Positions 1 to 10,815 are shown, counted from the first letter of the stretch. The stretch is 64,000 bases of DNA from Negativicutes bacterium (GCA_963665275.2 CAXXIN010000013.1:192001-256000), one strand, 5' to 3'. Program-made: numbers and translations. Notes: generated by a model from the sequence alone, not told the origin.

Positions 1-419
1 ACAACTTTGACATTCTCTTTAAATTCGGCAATTTTCGTTTTCCAGTTATAATCGACTTTGGCAGCAGTGATTTGCAGGTTAGGTCGTTGCAAATTTGCCC
101 CACCCTCAATCATTGCTACATCTTTGCCATAAACGACATAAGCGCTGTCGCCTTTGAAAATGACGTCATACTGTTTCAATAGCCAACCGCCTGTACCCCA
201 AAATTCAAGGGTAGAAAGCTTGACTTGAGCTTTATCGCCTGCAATATAGCCATTTTCGAGGGCAATGACGATATTGCCGTTGATGAAATATTGACCGCTT
301 TCAACATCAAAGAATTGTTTGTCCGCTCGAAAATACTTGTTATTGACTGCGGCAAAGCTGGTGCTTGTGATGCATAGCATGAGTAAAGCCGCGACAATGA
401 TGATCCCTGTTTTTTTCAT
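1..419 (-). CDS. LptA/OstA-like beta-jellyroll exported protein (partial, runs off window)
   Basis: Own translation MKKTGIIIVAALLMLCITSTSFAAVNNKYFRADKQFFD...ITAAKVDYNWKTKIAEFKENVKV; signal peptide and OstA-like 'ADK...Y....A.F..NV' pattern; not in ORF track. Confidence 0.65.
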   Translation of the reverse strand, partial: MKKTGIIIVAALLMLCITSTSFAAVNNKYFRADKQFFDVESGQYFINGNIVIALENGYIAGDKAQVKLSTLEFWGTGGWLLKQYDVIFKGDSAYVVYGKDVAMIEGGANLQRPNLQITAAKVDYNWKTKIAEFKENVKV

Positions 420-472
420 GAGCAGTACCTCGCAAAAATTTTATTGGGGTTGATGGTGAAGAACAGTTTGGA

Positions 473-1795
473 TTACTTAACCGGTATGCCCATGGATTTT
501 TCGAGTTGGGCCCGGTAGGTGTTGTTGGCGTAAATCGACTTAAGCAGGTTGCTCTTGGCGGTGGTCAGCGCCAGCTGCGAGTCCAGCACGTCAAGGTTGG
601 TGCCCACGCCTGCCTGGTAACGAATGACTTTGATCTTGTAATCTTCTTCAGCGAGTCCCACCGCGGCAGTGCTCGTCTGGATGGCTTCCTCCGAGGCTTT
701 CAGGCTCAGATACGAAGACCTCACGTCCAGCTGTATATTGTCCACAGTCTGTTTCAACTGTTCCTTTGCTTTATTGAAGCCTTCCACGGCCTGCTTCACT
801 TTGCCGGCCGTCAGGCCTGAGTCCATGAAGGTCCAGGTTGTCTGCAGATAGGCTGACCAGTTATAGTTGTTGCCGCCAGCAAAGGTATTGTCATACCAGC
901 CTGGTGAATAGACCGCCGACACTGTCGGCAGATAACCCGCCTTGGCGATCGTGATTGCTTTCTGGGCGATCTTGGCCGCATCGCCCAACTGGCTGATCTC
1001 CGGCCGTTGCCGCAGGGCGGCGTCTACGCAGGCGGCGAGCGCCTGTTCATATTTCGAGTAGGTCATGTCCCCTTTGATGCTCAGTTCAGTGGTGAGCGGC
1101 AGGCCGACGACGTTATTCAAAGTGGCCATGGTGATGTCGTAGGTATTCATCGCGACGATGAGGGCTTGCCTGGCATTGGCCAAGTCTACTTCTGTCCGGA
1201 GTACATCGACTTTAGCGACGACGCCGACCTCGAACTGCAGTCGGACATCCCGCAGATAGGATTCCAGCCGCTGGACCGCTTCCTGATTCAACGCGACGGA
1301 GTCGCGGGCCGCCATGAAGTTGAAGTAGGCGGTTGTAGCGTCATATTTAAGCTGTTGTCGCGCTTTGGCAATCCCCCACTGGGTGGAATCGAGACCGAGT
1401 TTGGCCTGCGAGATCTGGCTTTCGTATCGGTTGCCGGACCAGAGGATCCAACTGGCATTGAGGCTGTTGGTGAAACGGTCAGTGACCGATCCGGGGTCCC
1501 GGCCCGCGGCTTGGTTCGCTTGGTCTCCCGACATCGTCCAGGTGTCGTTATGGGTTCCGGAGATGGTCGGCCAGCGTGAAGAGCGGGCTGAAGTCAGCGC
1601 CCCTTTGGCGACTTCATAGTCGAAGACGGCGATCTTGCCGGACGGGTTATTGACCTGTGTCATTTTGACGGCTTCATCCAGTGTCAGTTCCAGCGGCGCT
1701 GCATTGCCGATACTAATCCATTGGAAAAGAACCGCCGTCACAAGACAGAACACCACTACTACCTTGAGCTTAATTTTTTGCTGCTGTCGTTTCAT
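473..1795 (-). CDS. TolC-family outer membrane efflux protein
   Basis: Signal peptide, two OEP repeats (LTLDEAV...NP; RYQAGVGTNLDVLDSQ). Confidence 0.93.
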   Translation of the reverse strand: MKRQQQKIKLKVVVVFCLVTAVLFQWISIGNAAPLELTLDEAVKMTQVNNPSGKIAVFDYEVAKGALTSARSSRWPTISGTHNDTWTMSGDQANQAAGRDPGSVTDRFTNSLNASWILWSGNRYESQISQAKLGLDSTQWGIAKARQQLKYDATTAYFNFMAARDSVALNQEAVQRLESYLRDVRLQFEVGVVAKVDVLRTEVDLANARQALIVAMNTYDITMATLNNVVGLPLTTELSIKGDMTYSKYEQALAACVDAALRQRPEISQLGDAAKIAQKAITIAKAGYLPTVSAVYSPGWYDNTFAGGNNYNWSAYLQTTWTFMDSGLTAGKVKQAVEGFNKAKEQLKQTVDNIQLDVRSSYLSLKASEEAIQTSTAAVGLAEEDYKIKVIRYQAGVGTNLDVLDSQLALTTAKSNLLKSIYANNTYRAQLEKSMGIPVK

Positions 1796-1870
1796 ACGTT
1801 CTCCTTTTATCTTGTATTGATTTTCGGTGCGTATTATTCAGATCATCCTTCGAATTAATCGAAATATGGT

Positions 1871-3193
1871 TCATTGTTTCAGCCAACCCTTTTTATGGCT
1901 CGTAATCCCTTTAAATGAAGTTACAAAGGCTTCCAACGGAGTTAGATTGAAAGTTCCCGTAGAAAAAACCGCAACATCCACCTCCTTGCCGTCTTCCACG
2001 TCATACACCATTTGAAAAGTAGTAATATAGTATATTCTTTTTTCTTGCCGGACCTGCGACGACTCCACTTCCGGCGCTATTAACCAGCGGCAATTGGCAG
2101 CAGCGGCATTTTCCAGCCAATTTTCGCTCGCTTTATCGTCGGAAATGATGACATTGGGCAGAGTCTGGCGATATTCATCGTACAAGGCTTCCCGCATATA
2201 ATAGAATTCTCCCGCCAATGACTCCGGCAATTTATTCTTCAACGGAGCGATGCAGACTCTTTCACCACTCATCGGTTTGGCGCTTGTCGTCCCTGTCAGT
2301 TCCGCCCCGGACTCTACTGCCAATCGGCGCTTGTCATACTGATTTTTCATGACGCCATCCATATAGCCTGCCAAATCATGAGGATCATCACGGGTCACCG
2401 GCAATTTGAACTTGACTTCGCTTCCAAACTGCCGATAGCCGCCAACAAGGCCTTGGAGGGCTGTCACAATCGGATCACCGGCAATCACAACCCGGGTCAG
2501 TTTCAGCACCGGATCGAATTTTTCCGCGAATGCCGCATTCCCGACAGCGGGTGCGCCAAAGGTAATGACTTCAATTTGATTTGGGTCCAAGCCCATGTCA
2601 ATAAACCGTGCGCCCACCAGCGTAGCCGCCGCTCCCCCCAGGCTATGTCCGGTAAGCAGCAGGTGCGACTTGGAATTGGCTTGCAGCAGTTCCGGCAAAA
2701 ACAGGGGACCTGTCCCTTGAGTGCGCAGTTCGGCGGTTGCTCCAGCCTGGATATACTCGTTGAATCCCCGGTGAACTTTGGGTTTATCGTTCGGTATATC
2801 GTCGAGCAGTGAATTGGCCGTCATTTCTTCCGGGCTTTGCCCGGCAAAATATACTTTACTTGTCTTGAGGTCGATTGCGACATCCTTCGAGTTTTCGGTG
2901 CCAACGATGGCTACAATATAGAGTGGCACGTCCGGCTCCATCTCTTTGGTTGCGATCAGGAATCTGGCCCCGGCCCGGTTTTGCGGCTGAACATAATGGG
3001 TAATCTCCCAACCGTCCTGCTCCAGATAACGAGTGGCTATCTCCCCCATCCGATTATGGTAGGCGGCTACACTTGCGCCTGCGGCCAAATGCATTTTGTA
3101 AGCGTCTTCATAGACTTCTTTCGGCCCGGCAAAAGATACCGATGGTATACAAAGCACTCCCATGAGCAGAAATAAGATTAACCATTTTTTCAT
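1871..3193 (-). CDS. Secreted lipase class 3 family protein
   Basis: Signal peptide; VHRGF, TGHSLGGA, ITFGAPAVGN, DPI motifs. Confidence 0.88.
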   Translation of the reverse strand: MKKWLILFLLMGVLCIPSVSFAGPKEVYEDAYKMHLAAGASVAAYHNRMGEIATRYLEQDGWEITHYVQPQNRAGARFLIATKEMEPDVPLYIVAIVGTENSKDVAIDLKTSKVYFAGQSPEEMTANSLLDDIPNDKPKVHRGFNEYIQAGATAELRTQGTGPLFLPELLQANSKSHLLLTGHSLGGAAATLVGARFIDMGLDPNQIEVITFGAPAVGNAAFAEKFDPVLKLTRVVIAGDPIVTALQGLVGGYRQFGSEVKFKLPVTRDDPHDLAGYMDGVMKNQYDKRRLAVESGAELTGTTSAKPMSGERVCIAPLKNKLPESLAGEFYYMREALYDEYRQTLPNVIISDDKASENWLENAAAANCRWLIAPEVESSQVRQEKRIYYITTFQMVYDVEDGKEVDVAVFSTGTFNLTPLEAFVTSFKGITSHKKGWLKQ

Positions 3194-3217
3194 GGCTGCA
3201 CCTCCCCCAAATGGTAC

Positions 3218-6200
3218 TTATTCCTGTCGAATTTTGAACCACGCGGCATACATCGTCGGCAATACAATGAGTGTCAAAATCGTGGCGCCGAACAATCCCG
3301 CCGCTATCGCCACCGCCATCGGCCCCCAGAACAGACTGGAGACTAGCGGGATCATCGCGAGAATCGCCGCCGCGGCAGTCAATAGGATCGGCCGGAAACG
3401 GGAGATCGTCGCGTTAATGATCGCCGCCCAGGGTGGTTCCCCTGCTGCAATATGTTTTTCGATTTGATCAATCAGTATGACCGAGTTTCGCATAATAATT
3501 CCGGCCAGCGCCAAAATTCCCAACTGCACGACAAACCCCATTGGCTTGCCCGTCACCAGCAAACCGATACTCACGCCAATCAATCCAAGCGGTGCGGTGA
3601 GCAGCACCAACATGGTTTTGGATACGCTTTCCAATTGCAGCATCAACAGAATGAGAATTATGATCAGCATGACCGGAGCCGGTTCAAGCATCCATGCAGC
3701 TGCCTTGGTGCTCGACTCAGCCGAACCGCCGAGAGTGAGCTCGTAGCCGGCTGGCAAAGTCTCGCGCAAATCCTTGAGCGTTTCAAAGAACTTCTTGGCG
3801 GCGGAATCAGGCGCGATGCCGGGAATGGTGTTGGCCTGAGCCGTGATGGTGGGAACCAGATTTCGCCGCCAAATGAGGCCATCCTCCATTTCACTATTGA
3901 TCGTGGCGACTTGTTCCAGCGGAATGTACTTGCCTGTCCCCAGATGAATATTTATGTCTTTGAGCCTGGACAAGTCCTCCCGCCATGCGGAATCGAGGCG
4001 AAAATCGATGCCGACCGTTTTATCCCGCTCACGAAACTCGCCGACTGTCGTCCCCGGCAAAAACGCTTGCAAATTTTGCGCCACTGTTTGATTGTTCAGC
4101 CCCAGCAGGCGAACTTTGTCGCGATCCATATTCAATCTGACCAGTTTTGATTTTTCATTCCAGTCCAGGTTTACGCTGATCAACTCCGGATTCGCCGCCA
4201 TACGTTGCCGCACTTGTTCGGCAATCGTGCGCAGTTTTGCATGATCTGGGCCACTAACCCGGATCATCACTCCATACGGCTCAGACGGTCCGCTTTTGAT
4301 TATTTTCAAGTTGCCTTGAACTTCAGGAAACTCTGTCGCCAGCAACCCTTGCGCCTTGTTTAGTATCGCTGTGCGCGCTTCCATGTTTTTGGCTGAAATC
4401 ACCAACTGGCTGAAATGAGCCATTGGGTCAGCCGGGTTGACGGTAAGCACAAACCGCGGCGCGCCTTCTCCCACATAAAAAGACAGGCTATCAACATTGG
4501 GATCGCCTTCAAACTGTTTGGCAAATCGTCGCACCTCCGTTTCTGATGCCTGCATGGACGATCCTGCCGGCAGACGGAGTTCGACAATCACTTCCCGATG
4601 CGTAGATGCTGGGAAAAACTCTTCGTGCACTGTGCTGATCAATCCAAGCGATATGATAAAACAAACGACCGTGCTGATCAAGACTGATTTGCGATGCCGC
4701 AGACTCCAATTGAGAATCCCTTTAAACTTATTGTAAAATCGCGTATTGTACATGTCGTGATGACTTTTCGCCTCATGCTGCGGCGGTCGGATCAGTTGGT
4801 AGCCAAACAGCGGCGTTGCCACCGCAGCCACAATCCAGGAAAGAAGGAGTGAAATCAAAATCACGTAGAACATGCTGCCGACATATTCAGCGGCCATGCC
4901 CGGCGCAAAACCAACGGGAATAAAGCCGGCGCAAGTGATCAAAGTACCTGTCAGCATCGGGAACGCGGTTACGGTATAGGCGTGGCAGGCTGCATCAAAC
5001 CGGCTCCAGCCCTGTTCCAGCTTCACCGACATCATTTCAATCGCGATGATGGCATCGTCCACCAACAGCCCGAGAGAAATAATCAAGGCGCCGAGGGAGA
5101 TATTGTGCAGGTCAATATGCATAATCTTCATCATCGCAAATACTGCTGCGATAACCAAGGGAATGCAAAAAGCGACGACCAAGCCGGAACGAAAGCCCAA
5201 ACTGGCAAAACTAACCAGCAGCACGATAATGATCGCTTCGGCCAAAGATTTTGTAAATTCACCGATCGAGCTTTCCACTACCTGAGGCTGGTTAAATACC
5301 GTTTGCAGTTCCATGCCCACAGGCAAATCTCGCTGCCAACGCCCCACCTGCGCGCGTAAATTTTTGCCTAGGTCAAGAATGTTGCCGCCCCGTTCCATCG
5401 ACACCGCAATACCAATCGCAGGTTGTCCATTGAAGAAAAACTTTCCATCCATGGGCTCAACAAAACTGCGCTCTACTTTAGCGATATCGCCCAGCCGAAA
5501 GTTCCTGCCACCGGCGCGGATCGGCAAGCTTTTCAAATCTTCGATGCTTTCAAACATACCGCTGACTCTGAGATACACATCATCGGTCGATGTTTCCAGC
5601 ATGCCTGACGGCGTCATGACGTTGTTCGCTTGAATCGCCGACGTAATATCCGTCGGGCCGATACCCAGCTGCGCCAGCTTGACCGTTTCCATTTCCACAT
5701 AGATTTTTTCGGTTTGCTCACCAACTAACTCGACTTTTTTTACATATTGAATGCCAATCAGTGTCCGGCGAATCTTTTCGGCTTGCTCGCGCAGTTCTTC
5801 GTAGTTGTAGCCGTCACCTGTCAGCGCATACACATTACCGAACACATCGTCGAACCGATCATTGAAAAATGGACCCACAACACCGGACGGCAGCGACCCC
5901 TTGGCGTCATTCACCAGGTTGCGCGCTTCCAGCCAAAGTGGCCGGACCTGAGCTTCCGCAACCGCCTCCTCCTTGAGGTTCACATAAATCAGCGACTGTC
6001 CAGGCTTGGAGTAGCTTTTTAAATAATCCAGATTCGGCAAATCTTGCAGCTTTTTTTCAATTTTATCCGTAACTTGTTCTTCAACTTCGCGCGCCGATGC
6101 ACCCGGCCAGCTAACACTGACAAGCATGGTGCGGATGGTGAAATCCGGGTCCTCCATGCGCCCCAGCTTTTGATAGGAAAAAATACCGGCGACAAAAGTC

Positions 6201-6268
6201 AGGACAATAAAAAAGTATACAAGTTCTTTGTGTTTAAGCGACCATTCCGTTAAGTTAAATCCTTTCAT
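3218..6268 (-). CDS. RND efflux transporter permease (AcrB family)
   Basis: 1016 aa, GLLVDDAII and RFRPILLT motifs, 12-TM pattern. Confidence 0.96.
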   Translation of the reverse strand: MKGFNLTEWSLKHKELVYFFIVLTFVAGIFSYQKLGRMEDPDFTIRTMLVSVSWPGASAREVEEQVTDKIEKKLQDLPNLDYLKSYSKPGQSLIYVNLKEEAVAEAQVRPLWLEARNLVNDAKGSLPSGVVGPFFNDRFDDVFGNVYALTGDGYNYEELREQAEKIRRTLIGIQYVKKVELVGEQTEKIYVEMETVKLAQLGIGPTDITSAIQANNVMTPSGMLETSTDDVYLRVSGMFESIEDLKSLPIRAGGRNFRLGDIAKVERSFVEPMDGKFFFNGQPAIGIAVSMERGGNILDLGKNLRAQVGRWQRDLPVGMELQTVFNQPQVVESSIGEFTKSLAEAIIIVLLVSFASLGFRSGLVVAFCIPLVIAAVFAMMKIMHIDLHNISLGALIISLGLLVDDAIIAIEMMSVKLEQGWSRFDAACHAYTVTAFPMLTGTLITCAGFIPVGFAPGMAAEYVGSMFYVILISLLLSWIVAAVATPLFGYQLIRPPQHEAKSHHDMYNTRFYNKFKGILNWSLRHRKSVLISTVVCFIISLGLISTVHEEFFPASTHREVIVELRLPAGSSMQASETEVRRFAKQFEGDPNVDSLSFYVGEGAPRFVLTVNPADPMAHFSQLVISAKNMEARTAILNKAQGLLATEFPEVQGNLKIIKSGPSEPYGVMIRVSGPDHAKLRTIAEQVRQRMAANPELISVNLDWNEKSKLVRLNMDRDKVRLLGLNNQTVAQNLQAFLPGTTVGEFRERDKTVGIDFRLDSAWREDLSRLKDINIHLGTGKYIPLEQVATINSEMEDGLIWRRNLVPTITAQANTIPGIAPDSAAKKFFETLKDLRETLPAGYELTLGGSAESSTKAAAWMLEPAPVMLIIILILLMLQLESVSKTMLVLLTAPLGLIGVSIGLLVTGKPMGFVVQLGILALAGIIMRNSVILIDQIEKHIAAGEPPWAAIINATISRFRPILLTAAAAILAMIPLVSSLFWGPMAVAIAAGLFGATILTLIVLPTMYAAWFKIRQE

Positions 6269-7470
6269 TGCAGCCCCTCGCCAGCCAGCCGGACTTTTTG
6301 CCCTTCACGCAGCTTTTGCACGCCAGCGGTCACAATCGTATCACCGGATTGCAAGCCGCTGATAACCTGAACCGTATTTTTGCCGAAACTTCCCGTCTGG
6401 ACCGACCGCAAAGTCACGTTGTCATTTTGTACAATCCAGACTGAGGGCTGGCTACCGGATTGATACAACGCCGACAGGGGGATCTCGTAGGAGATTACGG
6501 AACTGGAAGTCTGATCCGCCGATTCCACCGCCGCCGTCATCCCCAGCGTCATTTCGGCAGGCGGCTGATGTAGCGCTATGCGGGCTCGATAGGTGCGCGT
6601 CACCGAATCGGCAACCGGCGAAATTTCACGTACAGTTCCCTTGATCACGCCCTCCGGCATCGCCCACAATTTCACTTTCATAGCCATTCCTTCGCGGAAT
6701 TCGGCGCGACGGCTTTCCGCCACGCTGATTTCCACCTCGCGCTCACCGTCTTGAACCAGTGTCACAATCGTCTGCCCTGAACTCACCACTTGGCCGACTT
6801 CTGCCGATATCGCCGCTACAACACCGGCTTTATCAGCTTGCAAAACACTGTAGTCGAGTTGGTTCGCCCCTTGCGCATATTGCGCGGAAGCTTGCCGCGC
6901 CGCAGCGACTGCTACCTCGTAAGCGCTGAGATATTGGTCGTATTGCGCCTTGCTGACAGCGCCTTTTTCGTATAGCTGGCGGTAACGTTCCAGATTGTTG
7001 GCCGCCAGTTTCAGCTGCGAGTCGGCTGAGGCAACCTGGGCCGAAGCAATATTGACGGTTTGGCGGATGTCTTTGGCGTCGACTTGCAGTAAAGCATCTC
7101 CCGGCTGGACTTTGCTGCCCAGTTCAACAAAACGGCGGGTAATTTTCCCGCCCACTTGGAAAGATAACTGACTCTCATAGCGGCCACGCACTTCACCGGA
7201 ATAAATGTTCACGTTTTTTGCCCCGGCTGCCACAACTTTTTGCGTTCGCACCAACATTTGCTCTTGGGCTACTGCTACCGACTTGTGCTGGCTATGCCAA
7301 AACAGACCGCCCGCTACCCCAACGATCAACACGGCTCCCGCTAAAAACGCCCCTCGTTTCTTGCCAGAACAGAAGCCCTGTAAAGTGTCGCTCAGCCCTT
7401 TCAAGCCTCCCAGTAAATTCTCCGTTAATTTTTGCAATTGACCTTTGGCATTCATCCTATCCGCTCCCAT
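6265..7470 (-). CDS. RND periplasmic adaptor (membrane fusion protein)
   Basis: N-terminal TM, lipoyl/hairpin pattern LSFQVGGKI...GLQSGDTIVTAG; overlaps RND start. Confidence 0.93.
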   Translation of the reverse strand: MGADRMNAKGQLQKLTENLLGGLKGLSDTLQGFCSGKKRGAFLAGAVLIVGVAGGLFWHSQHKSVAVAQEQMLVRTQKVVAAGAKNVNIYSGEVRGRYESQLSFQVGGKITRRFVELGSKVQPGDALLQVDAKDIRQTVNIASAQVASADSQLKLAANNLERYRQLYEKGAVSKAQYDQYLSAYEVAVAAARQASAQYAQGANQLDYSVLQADKAGVVAAISAEVGQVVSSGQTIVTLVQDGEREVEISVAESRRAEFREGMAMKVKLWAMPEGVIKGTVREISPVADSVTRTYRARIALHQPPAEMTLGMTAAVESADQTSSSVISYEIPLSALYQSGSQPSVWIVQNDNVTLRSVQTGSFGKNTVQVISGLQSGDTIVTAGVQKLREGQKVRLAGEGLQ

Positions 7471-7485
7471 ACTTCAAATTATATT

Positions 7486-7503
7486 TGACTGACTTTAGTC
7501 AGT
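7486..7503. promoter_or_regulatory. Putative TetR operator upstream of adaptor gene
   Basis: Near-palindrome ACTGACTTTAGTCAGT; same TGACTGACTTwAGTCA motif recurs upstream of tetR. Confidence 0.7.
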
Positions 7504-7567
7504 TGGTTGTTAAAATAATACCGTCGAAGTGCTCCAACTATTGGAGGTGGTTTCGCTTCGACGGCAG

Positions 7568-8191
7568 CTACTCGTCCTGCGTCAATTTTAATGAGTGCTC
7601 AGCAAGCCCCAAAGTTTTCTCAATCAACATTGCTGCAATTTCCAGATAGTGCGCATACATTGCAGCGGAGACCTTTTCATACGCGGCATCAAAAATGCTG
7701 TGCATGATATTGCCGACAAAAACTTGTGCAACTGCAGGGTGCTCGACGTGAAAAACTCCCTGTGCCTGGCCTTCTTCAATCACGCGTGTCAAACATGGCG
7801 CAATAATTTGTTTGCCTTTATTCACCAATTTATCCATCAGATGCAGGTACTGGTCATTGTACAAAAACTCAAACAGCAATCCGTCTTTATAGCGGATGGT
7901 GCGAAACATCGATTTCAAAACCAGTTCCAGCTTCCGCTGCGGCCCTAGCCTTTTGTCCGCCACCAACTGCTCTACCTTATTCGCTATGCCCTGTATTTGA
8001 CGCGCGATCAGCGCTTCCAAAATTTCTTCCTTGGACTTGAAGTAGTAGTAGAAAGTTCCCTGAGCCACGCCAATCTTTTTTACAATGTCGCTGATCTGCG
8101 TTTCATGATAGCCCTTGGCATAAAACAATTCTTCTGCGGTATCGAGGATTTCCGCCATGCGGACTTGCGGATCTTTCGTGATTCTTGCCAT
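7568..8191 (-). CDS. TetR/AcrR family transcriptional regulator
   Basis: HTH AEELFYAKGYHETQISDIVKKIGVAQGTFYYYFKSKEEI. Confidence 0.95.
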   Translation of the reverse strand: MARITKDPQVRMAEILDTAEELFYAKGYHETQISDIVKKIGVAQGTFYYYFKSKEEILEALIARQIQGIANKVEQLVADKRLGPQRKLELVLKSMFRTIRYKDGLLFEFLYNDQYLHLMDKLVNKGKQIIAPCLTRVIEEGQAQGVFHVEHPAVAQVFVGNIMHSIFDAAYEKVSAAMYAHYLEIAAMLIEKTLGLAEHSLKLTQDE

Positions 8192-8215
8192 GTTACCTCC
8201 TTAGCCGATCAGTTA

Positions 8216-8231
8216 TGACTGACTTAAGTCA
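8216..8231. promoter_or_regulatory. Putative TetR autoregulatory operator
   Basis: TGACTGACTTAAGTCA containing perfect palindrome TGACTTAAGTCA. Confidence 0.7.
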
Positions 8232-8310
8232 ATAATATCATTCACTGATTTTATTTGTCAATCAGGTATGATAATTTTTCTGAAGTTTTTTTTGCGAGTA
8301 TCCGCTGATA

Positions 8311-8357
8311 AAATTAGCCCCCTGCCGAGAGCTTACGTCGACAGAGGGCTAATTTTA
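8311..8357 (-). terminator. Intrinsic terminator after acyl-CoA cluster
   Basis: AAAATTAGCCCC...GGGCTAATTTT inverted repeat. Confidence 0.65.
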
Positions 8358-8396
8358 TCTTGTTACTATCCTTGTAGAAGTTTCACTGTCCTCAAC

Positions 8397-9629
8397 TTAT
8401 TTGCCGCTTGCGCTTTCTTTCCAGACCAGCGGCCATTTATCGAAGAAAGTGTTGAAATACAGGAACACCATGAGCAGCGCGAACTGGCCGGCCAGGATTC
8501 CCATGACGGGATAGCCCATTCCCAGATCATTACCCGCAAAAGGCAGGAATTTGTAGACTTGGAGCCAGGCAAACCCAAAGGCGCTGCCGCCCACGACCCA
8601 AATAACCATGCGAGTCAGAATCCGGTTGGCAAGGTTCGGCGCGATATCCACGCCGGGATAATCGTCAAACAGGTGATGCCAGCAGAGCAGGAACACGATC
8701 ATGGACAGTTCCAGCGAAGCGGCGGTAATCAGCGGATTGACGCCAGGATTAATATTGAACGCCCCGATCATCGCGACATAGAACCGAGGCATCAGGAAGC
8801 CGCCGCAAACCAGAGCGATCACCACGCCGGAGAGCCCCATCCAAGGCTGTTTCGCCGTGATGGCTTTGTAGGGATAACCCTCGCCGCCTTCAGCGGGCAT
8901 CAAAAACCAGAAAATAAACCCTTGACAGAAAGCCAGCACTGCCGGCCAGGAGCCGAGCGGTTGGCTCGTGATCGCATGACCGCCCATCTGTAGTGGAAAG
9001 AAGCTCGGAATGAACATGCCGACCCAAACGAGCAGGGCGACAAATGAGCTTGTCATCATGACGGCGGCCCCGTCATAGGGCGGTTTCAGCATCCCAGCCC
9101 AAGGTTTCTTCCCAAACAGGGATACGAAAGGGATCTGGGCGATGATCACCGGCAAAACATAGAAGTTGGAAGCTTCCCAGCCTTCGATGGCCAAGTGGAC
9201 ATCGGCTGCGGTCTGGGGCGAGAACATCAGCGACAGGCTGAACGGTTTCCACCACAGTCCGATGAAGGAAACGACGATCAGATAGGCGGCGCTGCCGCAG
9301 ACAAAACTGAGGAAAGTATACCAAATTCCGGCTTTGGGTTGCAGTTCGCCGCATTTGTATTTGGCGTAGTTGCCGAAGATAAGGGTCTGCCAAATCCAGG
9401 CATTGATACTGCACCAGAAAAATGTTCCTTCAGCGAAAACCGCGATAAACTTGCTGGAGGTCTTGGCATCGACAAGGGCAAGGCCTTTGGCTGCAGTAGC
9501 CGAAATAATCGCTTTGGCGGCAAAGGCCCAAATCGGCCAGTAAACCATCGCGTATAGGAAGCAGAGGATCACGCCTACGATACCGGTGGTCAGTTTGCTG
9601 TCAAACTTTCTGCGAACGATGTATTCCAC
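8397..9629 (-). CDS. Multi-pass membrane protein, probable transporter
   Basis: About 10 hydrophobic segments in two internally similar halves (F.KWP motifs); last gene of CoA-transferase operon. Confidence 0.7.
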   Translation of the reverse strand: MEYIVRRKFDSKLTTGIVGVILCFLYAMVYWPIWAFAAKAIISATAAKGLALVDAKTSSKFIAVFAEGTFFWCSINAWIWQTLIFGNYAKYKCGELQPKAGIWYTFLSFVCGSAAYLIVVSFIGLWWKPFSLSLMFSPQTAADVHLAIEGWEASNFYVLPVIIAQIPFVSLFGKKPWAGMLKPPYDGAAVMMTSSFVALLVWVGMFIPSFFPLQMGGHAITSQPLGSWPAVLAFCQGFIFWFLMPAEGGEGYPYKAITAKQPWMGLSGVVIALVCGGFLMPRFYVAMIGAFNINPGVNPLITAASLELSMIVFLLCWHHLFDDYPGVDIAPNLANRILTRMVIWVVGGSAFGFAWLQVYKFLPFAGNDLGMGYPVMGILAGQFALLMVFLYFNTFFDKWPLVWKESASGK

Positions 9630-9648
9630 GCTTCATTTCTCCTTTATT

Positions 9649-10797
9649 CTAGCCTGTTGGTTTGGTTGCGTATTTTCGTGCGACCGCGCCGCCCACGACC
9701 ATCTTCAGCACTTCCGAGGCACCCACGCCGATATCCATCAAGCGGGCATCGCGGGCGTAACGTTCCACCGGATTTTGCTTCATGTAGCCATGTCCGCCGA
9801 AGATCTGGACCGCCTTATGGCAGATCTCTTCCGCCGCGCGGGCGGTATGAATCTTGGCGACGGAGGTCTCCAAGGAATAGTCCCGGCCGGAGTCGCGCAG
9901 CGCGGCTGTCGAGTTGACGACGAGCCGGGTGCTCTCCAGCGCCACATACATGTCGGCAAGCATTTCCTGCACGGCAAACAGCGCCGTCAGCGGCTTACCG
10001 AAAGCCACGCGTTTATTCGCATAGTCCGCTGCGCTCTCCAGCGCGGCTTCGGCGATACCAAGACCCATGGACGCCATGCCCAGCCGTCCGCCGGTCAGGC
10101 CGTACATCGCCAGCTTGAATCCTTCATCCACAGCTCCGAGCAGATTCTCGCCCGGCACGAAGCAGTTCTCAAACACGAGTCCGGTAGTCACCGAACTACG
10201 GCACCCCATCTTTTCCTCGCAGCGGCCAATGGAAAATCCGTGCGCGCCTTTCTCGATGATGAACAGGCTGATTCCCTTGGCGCCTGCCTGTGCATTGGTT
10301 TTGAACGCAATCATGTACAAGTCGGCGAGGCCGCCGTTGGTGCAGAAATATTTCGTTCCGTTTAGCAGCCAACCGTCGCCGTCAGGCCGGGCCGAAGCGC
10401 TGATCGCAGCCGCATCGGAGCCGGCATGTCCCTCGCTGATCGTGAAGGCTGCGATGTGCTGCCCGGCGAGAAGTTTCGCCAAATATTTCTGTTTTTGTCC
10501 GTCTGTGCCGAACTTGAGTAGGACATCGACGGCCATATAGTGAACATGCAGGGTCAGGGCGACGCCGGCGCTGGCCTTGGCCAGCTCGGCGAGCGCCTGG
10601 TGGGTGGCGACTGAATCCAAGCCGCCCCCGCCACATTCCACCGGATAGTTCAATCCGAACAGTCCGGCCTCCCGCATGTCTCCCAACAATTCCTCCGGGA
10701 ATCGTCCCTGGACGTCCAGGTCCCGGGCAATTGGCTTCAGTTTTTGCGCTGCGAATAGCTTGACACTACCCAGCACCGCTTCTGCCGTTTGAGCCAC
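9649..10797 (-). CDS. Acyl-CoA dehydrogenase family protein
   Basis: ISEGHAGSD, LNGTKYFCTNG, R.AFGKPL, QIFGGHGY motifs. Confidence 0.95.
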   Translation of the reverse strand: MAQTAEAVLGSVKLFAAQKLKPIARDLDVQGRFPEELLGDMREAGLFGLNYPVECGGGGLDSVATHQALAELAKASAGVALTLHVHYMAVDVLLKFGTDGQKQKYLAKLLAGQHIAAFTISEGHAGSDAAAISASARPDGDGWLLNGTKYFCTNGGLADLYMIAFKTNAQAGAKGISLFIIEKGAHGFSIGRCEEKMGCRSSVTTGLVFENCFVPGENLLGAVDEGFKLAMYGLTGGRLGMASMGLGIAEAALESAADYANKRVAFGKPLTALFAVQEMLADMYVALESTRLVVNSTAALRDSGRDYSLETSVAKIHTARAAEEICHKAVQIFGGHGYMKQNPVERYARDARLMDIGVGASEVLKMVVGGAVARKYATKPTG

Positions 10798-10815
10798 AGT
10801 AGAATCCCCTCCCGT

